The notes under the pieces: model-generated
Seen by the model: the letters and a program-made list of their open reading frames with translations, nothing else
The model's database searches: none
Told to the model about the DNA's origin: nothing
Part shown: piece after piece, positions 61,650 to 64,000 of the stretch
Numbering within the stretch: position 1 is the first letter of the stretch
Layout: each line of letters begins with the position of its first letter
Origin: Pirellulales bacterium
Lineage (GTDB): Bacteria; Planctomycetota; Planctomycetia; Pirellulales; PALSA-1355
DNA: 64,000 nt
NCBI GenBank assembly: GCA_963733035.1
Contig: CAVTBU010000006.1
Coordinates: forward strand, 192,001-256,000
Reading direction: 5' to 3'
Position numbers and translations under genes: made by a program

Positions 61650-62360
61650 CTACTCTGAACCAAGCCGATACCCGATGCCTGGCTCGGTCAGTAGATACTG
61701 GGGGCGGGAGGGGTCGGACTCGATCTTGCGGCGCAGGTGGGCCATGTAGACGCGGAGGTAGTGCGTCTCGAACACGCTGTCGGGGCCCCAGACTTCCTTG
61801 AGGAGCTGCCGGTGGGTGACGAGCTTGCCGCCGTGGCGGATGAGGGTCGTCAGCAGCCGATGCTCGATGGGAGTGAGGTGCACCTCCTTTTCGCCGACGA
61901 AGACCTGGTGTCGGCCGAAGTCGACGCGCAGCTCGCCAAGGGTGAACACGGGGGCGTCTGCTTCGGAAACTTCTGGCAACCGCCGCAGCGCCACTCGGAC
62001 GCGGGCCAGTAGTTCGCCGACGCCGAACGGCTTCGTCAAGTAATCATCCGCGCCACTGTCGAGTGCCTTGATCTTGTCGGCCTCGTTTCCGCGCGCGGAC
62101 AGGACGATGATCGGGACATTCGACCACTGGCGCAGCTTGCGAATCACCGACAGCCCATCGATGTCCGGCAAGCCCAGGTCCAGCAGCAGCAAGGCGGGCT
62201 TCTCGTCCTTCGCTTTCTGCAGCCCATCCTCGCCTGTCGGCGATTCCAGCACACGATATCCACTGCCGAGCAACGTGGCTCGCAGGAATCTGCGAATCTC
62301 TGCCTCATCCTCGATGATGAGGATTCTTGGGAATTGAGCCGGGACTGGTTCCTTAACCAT
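61650..62360 (-). CDS. kdpE: KdpE response regulator
   Basis: LDLGLPD, ALDSGADDY, THRQLLKEVWG, HYLRVYMAHLRRK.E.DP.RP. Confidence 0.92.
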   Translation of the reverse strand: MVKEPVPAQFPRILIIEDEAEIRRFLRATLLGSGYRVLESPTGEDGLQKAKDEKPALLLLDLGLPDIDGLSVIRKLRQWSNVPIIVLSARGNEADKIKALDSGADDYLTKPFGVGELLARVRVALRRLPEVSEADAPVFTLGELRVDFGRHQVFVGEKEVHLTPIEHRLLTTLIRHGGKLVTHRQLLKEVWGPDSVFETHYLRVYMAHLRRKIESDPSRPQYLLTEPGIGYRLGSE

Positions 62361-62366
62361 TTTGCA

Positions 62367-64000
62367 TCAGGACGTAAGGCTGCCTGGGCCGGCGGATTGC
62401 TGCGGCGTTGTTGCGTTCACTATCTCAACGTCCCGCGGCGGTGGGCCATCGGACACGAACTCCAGGCGAAACGCGGCACCACCCCCTTCGCGATTTCGGG
62501 CGCTGCGCGCCCGCCATGAGCATCCATGATGGCACGGCAGATTGCCAGTCCCAGCCCCGCCCCGCGCGAATCGGACTTGGCGTCCTCGCCACGCTGGAAC
62601 CGCTCGAAGATCCGCTCCTCGTCCCCTGGCTTCAATCCAGGGCCGTGATCGGCGATCTCCAAAATCGTCTTACGTCCGTCTTGCCAGGCACGGATCTCAA
62701 TGGCCGTTCCGGCCGGCGTGTACCGGCAAGCATTGTCCAACAAGTTCACGATGGCCTGCTCGACCAGGACGGCGTCTACGTGCGCGAGCAAAACTTCGGG
62801 CGGCAGATTGACGTTTACGGGCCGATTCGCGAGCGTCCGATCGAGCCGCCGCAGGGCCGAGGCGACGATCTCTTCGACCGGCTGCCATTCCTTGCTGATT
62901 GCCGGCTTTTCGGAGGACGAAAGCTGCGTCATTCGCAGGATGTTCTCCACCAGCCGCGACAGGCGATCGGATTCTTCGAAGACGGTCTCCAGCAGTTCGC
63001 GTCGCGTCGGTTCGTCCATCGATGTACCACCGTGCAGGAGGCTGCTGGAAGCCCCGACGATCACGGCCAGCGGAGTGCGCAAGTCATGCGAAATGGAGGA
63101 AAGCAGCGTGCTGCGAATCCTCTCCGTCTCCGCCTGTAGATGCGCCTGGTCCGACTCAAGCGTGAGCCGATCGCGCTCGATCGCCAAGGCAACCTGCGTC
63201 GAGTAGTTTTCCAGGATTTGCCGGTACTCGGGCAGGAGAAGTTTAGCGGCGTCGCTGTGGCGAACCGCCAAGACACCCATCGTTCCGCTGGGAGATTGGA
63301 GCGGAAGGTAGAGCGCCCGGGCGGAGGGCAAAGTATCGGTGCCGTGGCCAGCCGGCTGGCCGTGGTCAAATACCCACTGCGCGACGGCAATCTCGGACGG
63401 ATCGGCGGCGAATCGAGCGCGGTGGTCCAGGATCGGCTGTAACTTGCCGGCACGCGACAGGAATACGGCCGTGTCGCCGCCGAGGAACTCCGAGACGGCA
63501 CGTTCCGTTTCTGCCGCGATGAAATCTTCGCCCACGATGCCGGTAAGCTTGCGGCCCAAGCGATAGAGGGCCTCGATGCGTCGTTCGTTTCGCCGGGCGG
63601 ACTCGGCCTGGCGTCGGACCCGCGCCGTTAGAGCCGCAATACTAAGCCCTGCAACGAGCATCACCGCAAACGTGATCAGATACTGTGTGTCGTTGACAAC
63701 CACGGTGTAATACGGCTGGGTAAAGATCACATCGAACAGCGCGACCGACACGACCGACGCCACGATCGAGGGGCCTCGCCCATACCGGAACGCGACGAAC
63801 ATCACGCCCAGGAGGTAGGTCATCACCAGATTGGCTTCGGTCAGGCCTGCGCGATGCCAAAGTAACGAGACGGCAGTGCACGCTGCCAGAACGATTGCCG
63901 TTCCGATCCAAGCACGCCACCGAAAACCAATCGTAGACGGAGTGGACGGCGGCGCATGCGGCACCAGCTCGGCGGTTCCGTGGATCACGTACACGTCAAT
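62367..64000 (-). CDS. kdpD: KdpD sensor kinase (partial; frameshift near 62510)
   Basis: 4-TM DUF4118 region, GAF (G.GTDTLP), SISHDLRTPL, GLGLAIC; true C-terminus (SARNREGGGAAF) is in the shifted frame. Confidence 0.92.

Overview
GC-rich bacterial DNA, very likely Planctomycetota, judging from DUF1549/DUF1553, planctomycete cytochrome-c/WD40 and 'LEPLEERRVLS' extracellular proteins. Positions 1-45 kb are mostly ordinary chromosome: metabolic, regulatory and envelope genes, hisG/hisI, a lone DabA and two ECF sigma/anti-sigma pairs. Many conserved genes carry single-base frameshifts that look like assembly errors. Positions ~45.2-61.6 kb form an accessory island bounded by a ~240-bp direct repeat. 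It holds an array of about 34 tRNA genes or remnants, none encoding CCA, many structurally non-canonical and two with rare anticodons. The array is preceded by what looks like a leader-peptide attenuator, and carries RNA-repair-associated genes plus an IS110/IS1111-type element inserted into tRNA-Ser(GCT) with guide-like matches in its 3' non-coding region. Two related polymorphic-toxin-like genes (shared N-terminus, different nuclease-like C-termini) each sit behind the same unrecognised structured leader RNA with a terminator. The window ends in kdpE and a partial kdpD. All calls were made by eye, without database searches.
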